A stretch of 64,000 bases of DNA, from positions 52,034 through 116,033 of the IMG/VR virus record IMGVR_UViG_3300045747_000454; one strand, written 5' to 3'. The stretch's first letter is position 1. Each line of letters starts with the position of its first letter. Origin of the DNA: a virus. The position numbers and the translations under genes were made by a program. This document shows, in pieces, positions 10,223-18,939 of the stretch. A model generated the notes under the pieces. The model made no database searches. It saw nothing but the letters and a program-made list of their open reading frames with translations, and was not told the DNA's origin.

Positions 10223-10270
10223 GTACTCACGCTGTCTCCCACCTAAACTCCCGTAAGAAGGGCAAAACTG

Positions 10271-10816
10271 ATGACAGCACCCAAAAAGCACTGTTTCACG
10301 ATCTATCACATCCCAGGTCTAAAGGTCGGATGTACTTCAAACTTCAAGAAGCGTCAGAAGGCGTATCCCGAAGGAACGATCTTCGAAGTGATTGAGGTTC
10401 TGGAAGGCATCTCAGAAGAAGCCGCAGGCAACCGCGAGTGGGAATGGGCGGATCACTATGGCTATCAGCGTGGCGGCTTCTACGCCAATCATTGGGGCAA
10501 CCACATCACCGACGAAATGAAGTCGGTCCTCGGCAAGAAGGGCGGCAACGCCTTGGCAGCTCAAGGTCGCAAGTGGGGTCCGCAATCCGACGACCATCGC
10601 GAGAAGATCGGTGCTCCACAGCGTGGTGTGCCACGCAAGAAACACGATGCGGCATCCAAAGCCAATCTCGCCGCCAAGCTCAAGGGCGCAACAGTGTGGG
10701 TTGTGAAAGATCAATCCCCTGTGAAGGTACGAACTGAGGCTCTTCAAGACTACTTGTCTGCGGGCTATCAGCGTGGTCGGAAACTCAAGTCGGGAGGTCA
10801 TCATGACTGCGCCTAA
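10271..10816 (+). CDS. free-standing GIY-YIG-like homing endonuclease (NUMOD3-like motif)
   Basis: TIYHIPGLKVGCT..R..E..E N-terminal half, HREKIG..QRG DNA-binding motif, C-terminal GYQRGR. Confidence 0.65.
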   Translation: MTAPKKHCFTIYHIPGLKVGCTSNFKKRQKAYPEGTIFEVIEVLEGISEEAAGNREWEWADHYGYQRGGFYANHWGNHITDEMKSVLGKKGGNALAAQGRKWGPQSDDHREKIGAPQRGVPRKKHDAASKANLAAKLKGATVWVVKDQSPVKVRTEALQDYLSAGYQRGRKLKSGGHHDCA

Positions 10817-11276
10817 GAAGATGGTCAAAGTTCGTAAGGAACGTTCGACTTCTACAAGAAATCACTACGTCACCAACCAGCAGCTGATCGAGGCAATCGC
10901 TGAGGACAAGGCAAACGGCATGAAGCTTTCCAACAAGCTCGCCGGTTACCTGCACATGATCGCCGAGCGGTACTCATACAGCCCGTCGTTCGCCGGCTAC
11001 TCCTTTCGCGAGGACATGGTCTCGGTCGCTGTGATGAACCTCGTCGCCAACTGGCACAAGTTCGATCCGGCAAAGTCCGACAACCCCTTCGCGTTCTACA
11101 CGACGGCAGCCTATCGTTCGTTTCTGCAGTACCTTGCTGACGAGAAGAAGCATCGCGAGATTCGCGACAACCTGCTCGTGAATGCTGGTGCCTCGCCGTC
11201 GTTCGCCTATCAGGACAAGACGAAGCCTGGTGCAACCCACGACGAAATGGCGTTCCGTTCCTCCTCGGAGGACTGA
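10803..11276 (+). CDS. late-transcription sigma factor, T4 gp55-like
   Basis: NHYVTNQQL...IAERYS..P.F.GYSFREDM...KFDP.KS.NPFAFYT..AY.SFLQ...EKK; GGAGG RBS before ATG 10803; upstream of gp47/gp46 as in T4. Confidence 0.92.
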   Translation: MTAPKKMVKVRKERSTSTRNHYVTNQQLIEAIAEDKANGMKLSNKLAGYLHMIAERYSYSPSFAGYSFREDMVSVAVMNLVANWHKFDPAKSDNPFAFYTTAAYRSFLQYLADEKKHREIRDNLLVNAGASPSFAYQDKTKPGATHDEMAFRSSSED

Positions 11277-11281
11277 TCAAC

Positions 11282-12349
11282 ATGGCGAAGATTCACACCG
11301 CCCGGGTTAGGGGCGAGATCACCAAGCTGGCGATGTTCACGGACATTCACTGGGGCGCTCGCAACAACTCTGACCAGCACAACCTCGACAACCTCGACTA
11401 CATCGATTGGTTCATCGAGCGCGCCAAGGAGGAGAAGCCGAGCCACATCGCCTTTCTCGGCGACTGGTTCGAGAATCGCAACGCCATCAACGTGCGCACG
11501 CTGAACCACGCCACTGAGGGTGCTCGCCGTCTGAACGCGCTCGGCATTCCAATCATCTTCATCGTCGGCAATCACGATCTGTACCATCGGTCGAATCGCA
11601 AGATCTTCAGCACGAACATGTTCGACGATCTTGAGAACTTCACCGTCATCAGCGAGCCAACTCGCCTGTCCAAGGACTGGTTCGTCGCACCGTTTCTGTT
11701 TCGTGACGAGTACCCAACCTTCACCGAGGATCTGAACAACTCGAAGTTCGTGCTTGGTCACTTCGAGTTTCGCAACTTCGTCGTGACGGGTGCGACGCGC
11801 GTGATGGAGCACGGACCAGACGCTGAGCTGTTCTCAGGTCCCAAGTACATCTTCTCTGGGCACTTTCACAAGCGGCAGCACAATCGCAACATCGTCTACA
11901 TCGGCAACACGTTCCCGACGAACTACGGCGATGCTGGCGACAATCAGCGTGGCTGCGCTGTGTTCGACGTCGAGAACGATGACGTCTACTTTCACGACTG
12001 GGAGGGTGCACCGCTGTTCTTCAAGACAAAGCTGACGCACATTCTCGCCGGTGAGGTGGAGTGGGCGCCGAAGTCGCGCGTGCGCTGCACGCTTGACATG
12101 GACATCGGCTACAGCGACGTGCAAGCGCTGAAGGAGGAGATGATCAAGACCTACGAGCTGCGCGAGTTCTCGGTAGAAGAGGACATCATCGCTCGCAAGG
12201 GACTGCTCAGCGAGGGTCTCGAGCTCGACACTGAGCTCGACATGTCGTCGCTCGATAGCACGGTTCGACAGCTCATCAATGAGGGCGTCGCACCATCACC
12301 AACCATCGACCCGCAAGTGCTGGTCAAACTGTATGAGGAGCTAGGATGA
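11282..12349 (+). CDS. recombination endonuclease subunit, gp47/Mre11/SbcD-like
   Basis: Metallophosphoesterase motifs DIHWG, LGDWF, GNHD, GHF, SGHFH. Confidence 0.95.
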   Translation: MAKIHTARVRGEITKLAMFTDIHWGARNNSDQHNLDNLDYIDWFIERAKEEKPSHIAFLGDWFENRNAINVRTLNHATEGARRLNALGIPIIFIVGNHDLYHRSNRKIFSTNMFDDLENFTVISEPTRLSKDWFVAPFLFRDEYPTFTEDLNNSKFVLGHFEFRNFVVTGATRVMEHGPDAELFSGPKYIFSGHFHKRQHNRNIVYIGNTFPTNYGDAGDNQRGCAVFDVENDDVYFHDWEGAPLFFKTKLTHILAGEVEWAPKSRVRCTLDMDIGYSDVQALKEEMIKTYELREFSVEEDIIARKGLLSEGLELDTELDMSSLDSTVRQLINEGVAPSPTIDPQVLVKLYEELG

Positions 12350-12540
12350 TTCGCTCACGCCAACCAAAGGTCGACCTCACGATCAAGAATCCAATCGAGC
12401 AGGCCGTCGTTGACCTGACCTGGGACACTTCACCGAGCCTGTCTATTTCGATCGGTCAGCTCATGTGGAATGATGAGCTTCAGAGCTTTCACATCTGGAT
12501 CGGCGACAAGTGGGTGCAGGTCTCTGGACACTCGCTGTGA
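12346..12540 (+). CDS. small hypothetical protein (single G-x-L-x-W-N...W-x-G-x-x-W repeat)
   Basis: ATGA overlap with gp47; 64 aa. Confidence 0.6.
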   Translation: MIRSRQPKVDLTIKNPIEQAVVDLTWDTSPSLSISIGQLMWNDELQSFHIWIGDKWVQVSGHSL

Positions 12541-12683
12541 GATTCGACACGGTCTTCTTCATGACGCTCGGCAATCGGTGGTTCACGCTGACGCTGAGCG
12601 TCTCGCGAGCGTGGCGCTCATTGTTTCTGACTCGTGAGCAGAAGCGCCTACAAACCATCGCCGGCATTCGGAACAAACAATGA
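12537..12683 (+). CDS. small hypothetical protein, 48 aa (not in ORF track)
   Basis: GTG..TGA ORF MRFDTVFFMTLGNRWFTLTLSVSRAWRSLFLTREQKRLQTIAGIRNKQ; fills the gap with 4-nt overlaps at both ends. Confidence 0.6.
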   Translation: MRFDTVFFMTLGNRWFTLTLSVSRAWRSLFLTREQKRLQTIAGIRNKQ

Positions 12684-14419
12684 CCTCAACGCTCAAGTTC
12701 AAAACCATCTCGATCAAGAACTTCATGTCGATGGGCAACAGCCCGTCGGAGATTGATCTTGACGAGCAGGGCACCGTCACCATCACTGGCGAGAACATCG
12801 ACCGTGGTGGCAGCAACGGCGCTGGCAAGACGACGATCATCAACGCCCTGTGCTACGCCATCTATAACAAGGCGTTCGACAACATCACGCTGCAGCGCCT
12901 GATCAACACGACCAACGCGACGAAGAACACGCAGATGGAAGTTCGGCTGACGTTCGAGAAGGACGGCTTCGACTACGAGGTCTTCCGTGCTCGTGGCTCC
13001 GAGTACAAGATCGAGATTCTGCGCGACGGCGAGGACATCACGCCGGGCAAGGGTGCGATCGAGTGCGACGCGCTGCTCGTCGACATCATCGGCATCAGCT
13101 ACGAACTCTTCACCAAGACGATCATCTTCTCTGGCAACTCGCCAGCCTTTCTGCAGCTGCCGCTGTTCCAGCAGCGCAATCAGATCGAGGAGCTGTTCAA
13201 CATCACGATGCTGTCCGAGAAGGCAACGCTGCTGAAGGAGCAGATCAAGACAACCGAAGGCGACATTAAGGTCGCTGAGGCGGTGATCAAGCAGCAGGAG
13301 GGTGCCGTTGAGCTGCATCGCAAGCACGTCGCCGAGGCGCACGCGCGAGTCGAGCGATTCGAGCGCAATCGCGTTGACACGATTCAGGAGATTGAGGACA
13401 CGCTGCAGATCGTTGGCAAGGTTGACTTCGACCTTGAGAAGGCGCTGCACGCCGAGCGCAGCTCACTCAAGCAAGAGGGCGCCTATCTCGCCGCCAAGCT
13501 TGCTCCGCTCCGCAAGGACAAGACGCAGCTCGAGAAGGATGTGAACAAGTTGATCGCCGAGCACGAGCATCTCGCCGACGCGCGCTGCCCGTACTGCACG
13601 CAGACGTTCCCAGATGCGCCAGTGAAGCTCGCCAAGGTCGACGCTGACATCACCACGAAGGGCGACAAGCTGCTCGAGGTCGAGACGAGCGTCGAAGCGC
13701 TGACCACCGACTCGACCGAGAAGCAGCGTCGACTGAAGGAGGTCGAGACGCTCATTCAGTATCAGGAGCTCGATGAGCTGCTCGAAGCTCGTGACAACGC
13801 CACTCAGCTGCGCAAGAAGGCGGACGAGCTGCGCACTGCCGTGAACCCACACGTTGAGGCGCACGAGAAGCTGGCTGCCGAGAAGACCGGCACCGTCGAC
13901 TATCTGAAGGCCGACGGTCTGCGTCGCAAGCTCGACCATCAGCAGTTCCTGCTGAAGCTGCTCACGGACAAGAACTCGTTCCTGCGTCGTCGCATCATCA
14001 ATCGCTCGATTCCATTCCTCAACAACAGGTTGAACCACTTCACCAACGCGCTGGGTCTGCCACACATCGTCAAGTTCGATGCCGACATGTCCTGCACCGT
14101 AGCCGAGTTCGGTCGAGAGCTCGACTTCGGCAACCTGTCCGCTGGCGAGAAGAAGCGCCTGAACACGGCGATGGCGCTCGCCTTCCGTGACGTGCTGCAT
14201 CATCTGCACGCCAAGACGAACCTGCTGATGATTGACGAGCTCGACGGCGCTCTGGATCAAGAGGGCATCGACAGCATCGTGCGCATTTTGAAGGAGAAGA
14301 GTCGTGATGAGGAGCTGTCCGTCTTCGTCATCTCACACCACCCAAGCATCGCTGGGCGGTTAGATCACAATCTCATTGTCCGTAAGGAGTCTGGGTTCAG
14401 CTTCGTAGTACTGGAGTGA
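12680..14419 (+). CDS. recombination ATPase subunit, gp46/Rad50/SbcC-like
   Basis: Walker A GSNGAGKTT, coiled coil with CPYC zinc hook, LSAGE signature, Walker B LLMIDE, ISH. Confidence 0.95.
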   Translation: MTSTLKFKTISIKNFMSMGNSPSEIDLDEQGTVTITGENIDRGGSNGAGKTTIINALCYAIYNKAFDNITLQRLINTTNATKNTQMEVRLTFEKDGFDYEVFRARGSEYKIEILRDGEDITPGKGAIECDALLVDIIGISYELFTKTIIFSGNSPAFLQLPLFQQRNQIEELFNITMLSEKATLLKEQIKTTEGDIKVAEAVIKQQEGAVELHRKHVAEAHARVERFERNRVDTIQEIEDTLQIVGKVDFDLEKALHAERSSLKQEGAYLAAKLAPLRKDKTQLEKDVNKLIAEHEHLADARCPYCTQTFPDAPVKLAKVDADITTKGDKLLEVETSVEALTTDSTEKQRRLKEVETLIQYQELDELLEARDNATQLRKKADELRTAVNPHVEAHEKLAAEKTGTVDYLKADGLRRKLDHQQFLLKLLTDKNSFLRRRIINRSIPFLNNRLNHFTNALGLPHIVKFDADMSCTVAEFGRELDFGNLSAGEKKRLNTAMALAFRDVLHHLHAKTNLLMIDELDGALDQEGIDSIVRILKEKSRDEELSVFVISHHPSIAGRLDHNLIVRKESGFSFVVLE

Positions 14420-14421
14420 GA

Positions 14422-14427
14422 TAAATA
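14422..14427 (+). promoter_or_regulatory. late promoter TAAATA
   Basis: Intergenic, 22 nt before ATG 14450; another copy at 14935-14940 precedes the resolvase. Confidence 0.65.
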
Positions 14428-14449
14428 GCGCATTGACTCAAGGACTCAC

Positions 14450-14917
14450 ATGAAACTCAACGAACTCTATGGCACCCGCCTGAATGAAGCTGAAGCGATC
14501 GAGGTCAAGAAGGCTGGCGACATCTGGAAGGATGCGTCTGACGGCTCGAAGACCTTCATTGCGAACACCGTCTACGATGTTCGCAAGATCGATGGCGGTG
14601 CTAAGTACGAGGTCTCCACCGAGGTTGGCACCGAGCGCAAGCCGTTCACGAAGCTTGACAAGGCTGGGCTCGACGCTGCGTTCACGCCAACGCACCCGAA
14701 GCAAACGCCAGACGCAGAAGGCTACACGCAGTACCGCAAGACGGACGAGATCGAAGCGATCAAGTACGACCAAGACACGCTCAAGGTCGACCTTGGCGAT
14801 GGCACCAACGTGCTGCTCAGCAAGGGCGATTACCTGATTCGCAAGGCGACTGGCGACACCTTCACCTACGAGGTCAAGAAGGCCAAGGACTTCGAGGTCA
14901 ACTACGCTGCAAAGTGA
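14450..14917 (+). CDS. hypothetical protein with capsid-targeting-like leader (MKLNELYG..LNE)
   Basis: Has its own late promoter and an AGGA RBS; KGDYLI motif. Confidence 0.75.
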   Translation: MKLNELYGTRLNEAEAIEVKKAGDIWKDASDGSKTFIANTVYDVRKIDGGAKYEVSTEVGTERKPFTKLDKAGLDAAFTPTHPKQTPDAEGYTQYRKTDEIEAIKYDQDTLKVDLGDGTNVLLSKGDYLIRKATGDTFTYEVKKAKDFEVNYAAK

Positions 14918-14962
14918 GCGCGGTTTAGGACGAGTAAATAGCTCCATTCACTTGGAGCTACA

Positions 14963-15511
14963 ATGGCAGAAGAAAAGACAAAGCGCAAGATGCGCCCTGG
15001 CGGTGGCAAAGCAAAGGGCGGTGCGTTCGAAGCGCGCATCGCCAAGGCGCTCTCCGCAGCGCTGCCACTCAACTTCATCAAGTCGCCTGGTTCAGGCGCT
15101 CGCATCGGCGGCAAGAACTTCGCCACCATCGGCAAGCTGATGGGTGAGGAGGCGATGAAGCTGTTCAACGCTGACGTCGTGCCAGTCAATGAATCGGCGA
15201 CTGGCATTCACTTTCGCTTCAGCGTTGAGTGCAAGTGCTACGCCACTCCAGACAACTTCGTGTCGCTCGTCAGCGGCACGGCGAACGTCTTCAAGTGGTT
15301 TGGCGAATCTGTGGTTGACTCGGCAAAGATTGAGCGCCTACCGATTCTGATCTTCAAGTGGAACGCCACGAAGGTCTTCGTCGCAGTTCGTCACGACACC
15401 TTCACTGGAGTCGAACCGAAGCTGCACCTCTCCAATAGCACCTCCGACCTCGACATCTACGAGTTCGACGAGCTGCTCAAGCTTCCAGACCTCTGGATCA
15501 ACCGAACCTAA
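14963..15511 (+). CDS. Holliday junction resolvase-like PD-(D/E)xK nuclease
   Basis: GKAKGGAFEARIAK...SG...ADVV...SVECK. Confidence 0.8.
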   Translation: MAEEKTKRKMRPGGGKAKGGAFEARIAKALSAALPLNFIKSPGSGARIGGKNFATIGKLMGEEAMKLFNADVVPVNESATGIHFRFSVECKCYATPDNFVSLVSGTANVFKWFGESVVDSAKIERLPILIFKWNATKVFVAVRHDTFTGVEPKLHLSNSTSDLDIYEFDELLKLPDLWINRT

Positions 15512-15518
15512 GAACAAC

Positions 15519-16103
15519 ATGACAGAAACAACTCTCCCACGCTGGGACGTAAAACGGGACGCCCATCGCCCACACGGGTTCAGCGACCTACTGCCAATCA
15601 TGGCGCACCACTATCGAACCATCGAGGCGCTCCACGCCTTTCTTGGTCCGTACAACGCTCGTCAGCGCAACTCGAATCGTCCGTACCTACCACCTGACAA
15701 GGAGACGCTGAAGCAGCTCGTCAAGCAGGGCGGCATGAACGACTTCTCGTATCAAGCGCTGATCAACGGCGTCATTCGGTTCTGCGAGCACACGAAGGGT
15801 CGTCGTGGTCTGCCCGAACCGCACCCATCCACGATCCACAGCATTCAGCTTCCACAACCTGCCTTTGAGCTCACGAACGGTTCGCCGGGGTGTACAATGG
15901 TCAACATCGCAGGAGCGGAAGAGCCCATTGAAGTTCAGGCAATCACCGGCGACTTTCGGTTCATCATCGTTCGTCCCAAGCTTTCACAGCTCGGCACGGC
16001 ATCGGCGACGAACTGGGAGGTGCTGTTCTTCCGTCACCCACACGGCTACATTCCCGATTGGGCTGACTCAACCCTCAACCCACGCTGGTCAGGCAAGTTC
16101 TAA
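15519..16103 (+). CDS. hypothetical protein
   Basis: Fits operon spacing and codon bias. Confidence 0.65.
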   Translation: MTETTLPRWDVKRDAHRPHGFSDLLPIMAHHYRTIEALHAFLGPYNARQRNSNRPYLPPDKETLKQLVKQGGMNDFSYQALINGVIRFCEHTKGRRGLPEPHPSTIHSIQLPQPAFELTNGSPGCTMVNIAGAEEPIEVQAITGDFRFIIVRPKLSQLGTASATNWEVLFFRHPHGYIPDWADSTLNPRWSGKF

Positions 16104-16112
16104 GGAGATTCC

Positions 16113-16313
16113 ATGCTCGTACAATTCACACCAATCGCACAACTCCCACCCGACGTCGCAGCTCGCCTTCGGTCGCATCTTGCCTCGCTGCCGCTGCGCA
16201 TGGACGACTCGCCGCTGCTCTTCGAGGGCTTTCACCTGCTGGCGAGAGACGTCATGTTGGTTCAGCGCGTCGCGAAGAACGCTTCGTCATCGTCAACCGC
16301 ACTGTTCGGCTGA
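16113..16313 (+). CDS. small hypothetical protein
   Basis: AAGGAG RBS. Confidence 0.6.
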   Translation: MLVQFTPIAQLPPDVAARLRSHLASLPLRMDDSPLLFEGFHLLARDVMLVQRVAKNASSSSTALFG

Positions 16314-16315
16314 TC

Positions 16316-16579
16316 ATGAGCGCCAAGAAAGCAAAGCTGCTTCGCCGAGTGGCGCTCGGACTCGCCGTGCAGGCTGAGGAAGCTGGTCGCAAGATCGATG
16401 CGCGCGGCACCGAGACTGTCGACGTCGGCCCATCCGGCCCATCCAGCATGATCAGCTCGGACCCTGGCGGCTGGCGCCGGCCAGCAGAGTTCGACCCGTT
16501 TCGAGGGCGCGTGATGGTCGTCAATCGGCGCGACACCTACCGTGGCATCGTCCGCGAGCTCAAGAAGGGCATGAAGTGA
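16316..16579 (+). CDS. small hypothetical protein
   Basis: Tight packing; GTGA overlap with the next gene. Confidence 0.6.
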   Translation: MSAKKAKLLRRVALGLAVQAEEAGRKIDARGTETVDVGPSGPSSMISSDPGGWRRPAEFDPFRGRVMVVNRRDTYRGIVRELKKGMK

Positions 16580-17811
16580 CGCTCTACAAGGTGGCTTCAA
16601 CCAAGCCACTTGATCATGACGACCCACTCCACTGGTCTCGCTTCTACCCTGACAAGCAGCGCCATCATCACGGCACGATGGCGAGACGGCAGGACCTCAT
16701 TCTCTATCTCGCCAACCTGCACGCTCGAGCTCTTGACTCTGGTATGCCATTGGGCATGATTCGCATTCCGATTCGCCTGACCTCGCTGCGTCAGTGGGTG
16801 CGAGACTATCGTCCAGTGCTCGACGCCTTCTTTGAGGTCGACCAGCTCGGCTACAATCTCGGCGATGCTGACTTTGAGCTGAGCACGCTGATACCACGTA
16901 ACGTCGTCAATGGTAAGCGCAAGGCGTCTGATGCTGCGCGCGAGCTCGTCTACGTTCCGCCAGAGCGCGTCGAGACCGAAACGGTGACGAAGGTCTTCAT
17001 TCAACAGCAGAATCGTGACGTCATTCTCAAGACGCTGGCGCTGACGAATCGCCTCGACCTGCGAGCGCCAGTCGAGTTTCTGCTGAGCGAACCAGAGTTC
17101 AACTTTCACTTCATTCGGGCAGGACGCCTTCAACAGCGCGACACGTCCGTCTGGCCAGTCGCGGCTGTTGAGACGTGGCCATCGTGGCTTCGTGAGTGGC
17201 TCTTCGGGCGTGGTGTCGACATCGACGCAGCGTACACGCAGTTTCTGCTCGAGCAGCTCAATCTCGTCTACGCTGACAAGCCACACCTCGTCAACATGCT
17301 GTTCCCAGATATCGTGCAGTCGCTGCACCACAAATCTGAGTGGCGAGCGAAGCTCTGCATGGAGACGCTTGGATTGCCGTGGAACGATGACAACATCGGC
17401 GTGGTCAAGCGAATCTGCATGAGTCTTGCCAACGGCAGTCGCATCAGTCCGGCGATTCTGTCAGGCGGTCGAGCGTACAGCGTCACCGCTGACATCGTGG
17501 TGGCAGCAACCGACGATGTCAGTCTGCTGAACTTCGAGCGCATTGGCACTCGATTGAAGTACATCGCCGAGCAGTACGCCACAGCGCGCAAGGTTATCTG
17601 CACGGGGTTGCAGCATCGACAAGCATCACGCGAGAATCAGAAGGAGATCTTCGGGTCGTACTTCGCGTGGGAGCGAGACGCTCGCTACAAGATCTGGGAG
17701 GAGTGTGGCAAGTGTGGCATCATGGTTCACGATGGGATCGACGGCGTTCCACAAGAGTACCTCGACCGAATGCCTGAGATCATGCGCAAGCTCGGAATTC
17801 TGTTGAGCTAA
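16576..17811 (+). CDS. hypothetical protein with family-A polymerase-like palm motifs
   Basis: GVDIDAAYTQFL (motif A-like), VVKRICMSLANG (motif B-like), IMVHDG (motif C-like). Confidence 0.5.
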   Translation: MTLYKVASTKPLDHDDPLHWSRFYPDKQRHHHGTMARRQDLILYLANLHARALDSGMPLGMIRIPIRLTSLRQWVRDYRPVLDAFFEVDQLGYNLGDADFELSTLIPRNVVNGKRKASDAARELVYVPPERVETETVTKVFIQQQNRDVILKTLALTNRLDLRAPVEFLLSEPEFNFHFIRAGRLQQRDTSVWPVAAVETWPSWLREWLFGRGVDIDAAYTQFLLEQLNLVYADKPHLVNMLFPDIVQSLHHKSEWRAKLCMETLGLPWNDDNIGVVKRICMSLANGSRISPAILSGGRAYSVTADIVVAATDDVSLLNFERIGTRLKYIAEQYATARKVICTGLQHRQASRENQKEIFGSYFAWERDARYKIWEECGKCGIMVHDGIDGVPQEYLDRMPEIMRKLGILLS

Positions 17812-17818
17812 CACCAGC

Positions 17819-17856
17819 CGCGCACATTTAATAGCATTAGTTGCCAAATAAGGAAT
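17819..17856 (+). repeat. 38-nt AT-rich dispersed element, copy 1
   Basis: cgcgcacatttaatagcattagttgccaaataaggaat; 36/38 identical to the reverse complement of 47040-47077. Confidence 0.9.
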
Positions 17857-17876
17857 GGGACCGCTCGGTCCCATTC
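17853..17876. terminator. hairpin between convergent operons
   Basis: GAATGGGACC-gctc-GGTCCCATTC; pyrimidine-rich tail on the minus strand. Confidence 0.7.
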
Positions 17877-17879
17877 GGG

Positions 17880-18104
17880 TCAGTACACCGGATACGGACT
17901 CTTCTTCTGACCCTCAAGCCGCTCGTTCACGAATTGAATCGCGATGTCGCGCTCCAACGGCGACATGTTCAGCGCCGTCTCGTACTGAATCGAACCACGA
18001 GAGAACCAAGCGATCTCCACCGCTTGCTTGAGCAGATTACGAACGTCAACACCCATTGAGTTGATCATGGCGGCGATTCTGCTCGTATCGCCTGACATGA
18101 TCAT
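17880..18104 (-). CDS. baseplate hub assembly protein, gp51-like (possibly also the -1 frameshift extension of the upstream gene)
   Basis: ALNMSPLERDIAIQFVNERLE resembles gp51-like/tail-chaperone C-terminal domains; ATGA overlap at 18101-18104. Confidence 0.7.
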   Translation of the reverse strand: MIMSGDTSRIAAMINSMGVDVRNLLKQAVEIAWFSRGSIQYETALNMSPLERDIAIQFVNERLEGQKKSPYPVY

Positions 18105-18877
18105 TCGGTGAAAAAAGAGATTGGGTTTAGCGGCAGCTCGACGGTCATGTCGCCGCCGCAGTCCTTGCACACGAGCGTTGTCGTCTGCGCCGGACCCCAG
18201 TCGTTCGTCCGATCAATCGCTTCGGTGATGCGATTGTGAAACGGCCCAGACGCAGCCCGAACCCACTCTTCGATCAGCTTCTTATCGCTGATGCCGTCGA
18301 TGTCGCTGATGATAGAGGTCAAGTTGAACACAAGGTTCTTCTTGAGATCATCTGGCGTAAAGTCGGTCTTGTTGGCGTTCAGATGGAACAGCTTGATCAT
18401 GTGATCGAATTTGATCGGGTGAACTCGAACGACCTGCCCGTTCGGCATCACGGCGATGAACTTCTCATCCGCCACCGTCGGGTCGAGAGTCTTCATGTTC
18501 TGAATCGCCGTCTCGATGTTGACCAGGTACGAGTGCTCCTTGGCGCCCTCGCAGGTGTGCGTCACGCTGATCGCGAACTCAGGACCGTAGGTCACCAACC
18601 GCAGAAAGTACATGATGGCGTCGATGTCACGCCCATACAGCTCGGTCGGCTTCTTGATCTCTGGGATGCACTCGGCAAACACGGCTTCGATTGCCTTGCC
18701 GTTGAACAGCAGATCAGGATTCTTCAGCGTGATCTCAGCGATCGCCGACAGTGGGTGAACGTGAACCTCGCCCTCAGTGCTTGACAGCTCACCGCTGGTG
18801 TAGAGAGCGCCGGCGGATGGCAGCTGAAAGGTTCGACCGGGCAGCTTGAGCTTTGCGAGCAGGGGATTGACTTCCAT
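18101..18877 (-). CDS. baseplate hub assembly chaperone, gp26-like
   Basis: QLPSAG.LY...LKNPDLLFNG...DIDAIM..LR..TYG, C-terminal CKDC, ends ..ISFFTE; GGAG RBS before ATG 18877. Confidence 0.8.
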   Translation of the reverse strand: MEVNPLLAKLKLPGRTFQLPSAGALYTSGELSSTEGEVHVHPLSAIAEITLKNPDLLFNGKAIEAVFAECIPEIKKPTELYGRDIDAIMYFLRLVTYGPEFAISVTHTCEGAKEHSYLVNIETAIQNMKTLDPTVADEKFIAVMPNGQVVRVHPIKFDHMIKLFHLNANKTDFTPDDLKKNLVFNLTSIISDIDGISDKKLIEEWVRAASGPFHNRITEAIDRTNDWGPAQTTTLVCKDCGGDMTVELPLNPISFFTE

Positions 18878-18894
18878 TGGAACTCCAGGTTGGA

Positions 18895-18917
18895 TAAATA
18901 GCCTATGCCAGTATTTA
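18895..18917. promoter_or_regulatory. face-to-face pair of late promoters
   Basis: TAAATA (+) at 18895-18900 and TATTTA (-) at 18912-18917, 11 nt apart, between divergent genes. Confidence 0.7.
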
Positions 18918-18939
18918 TCGTCTTCGAACCGACACAAAA

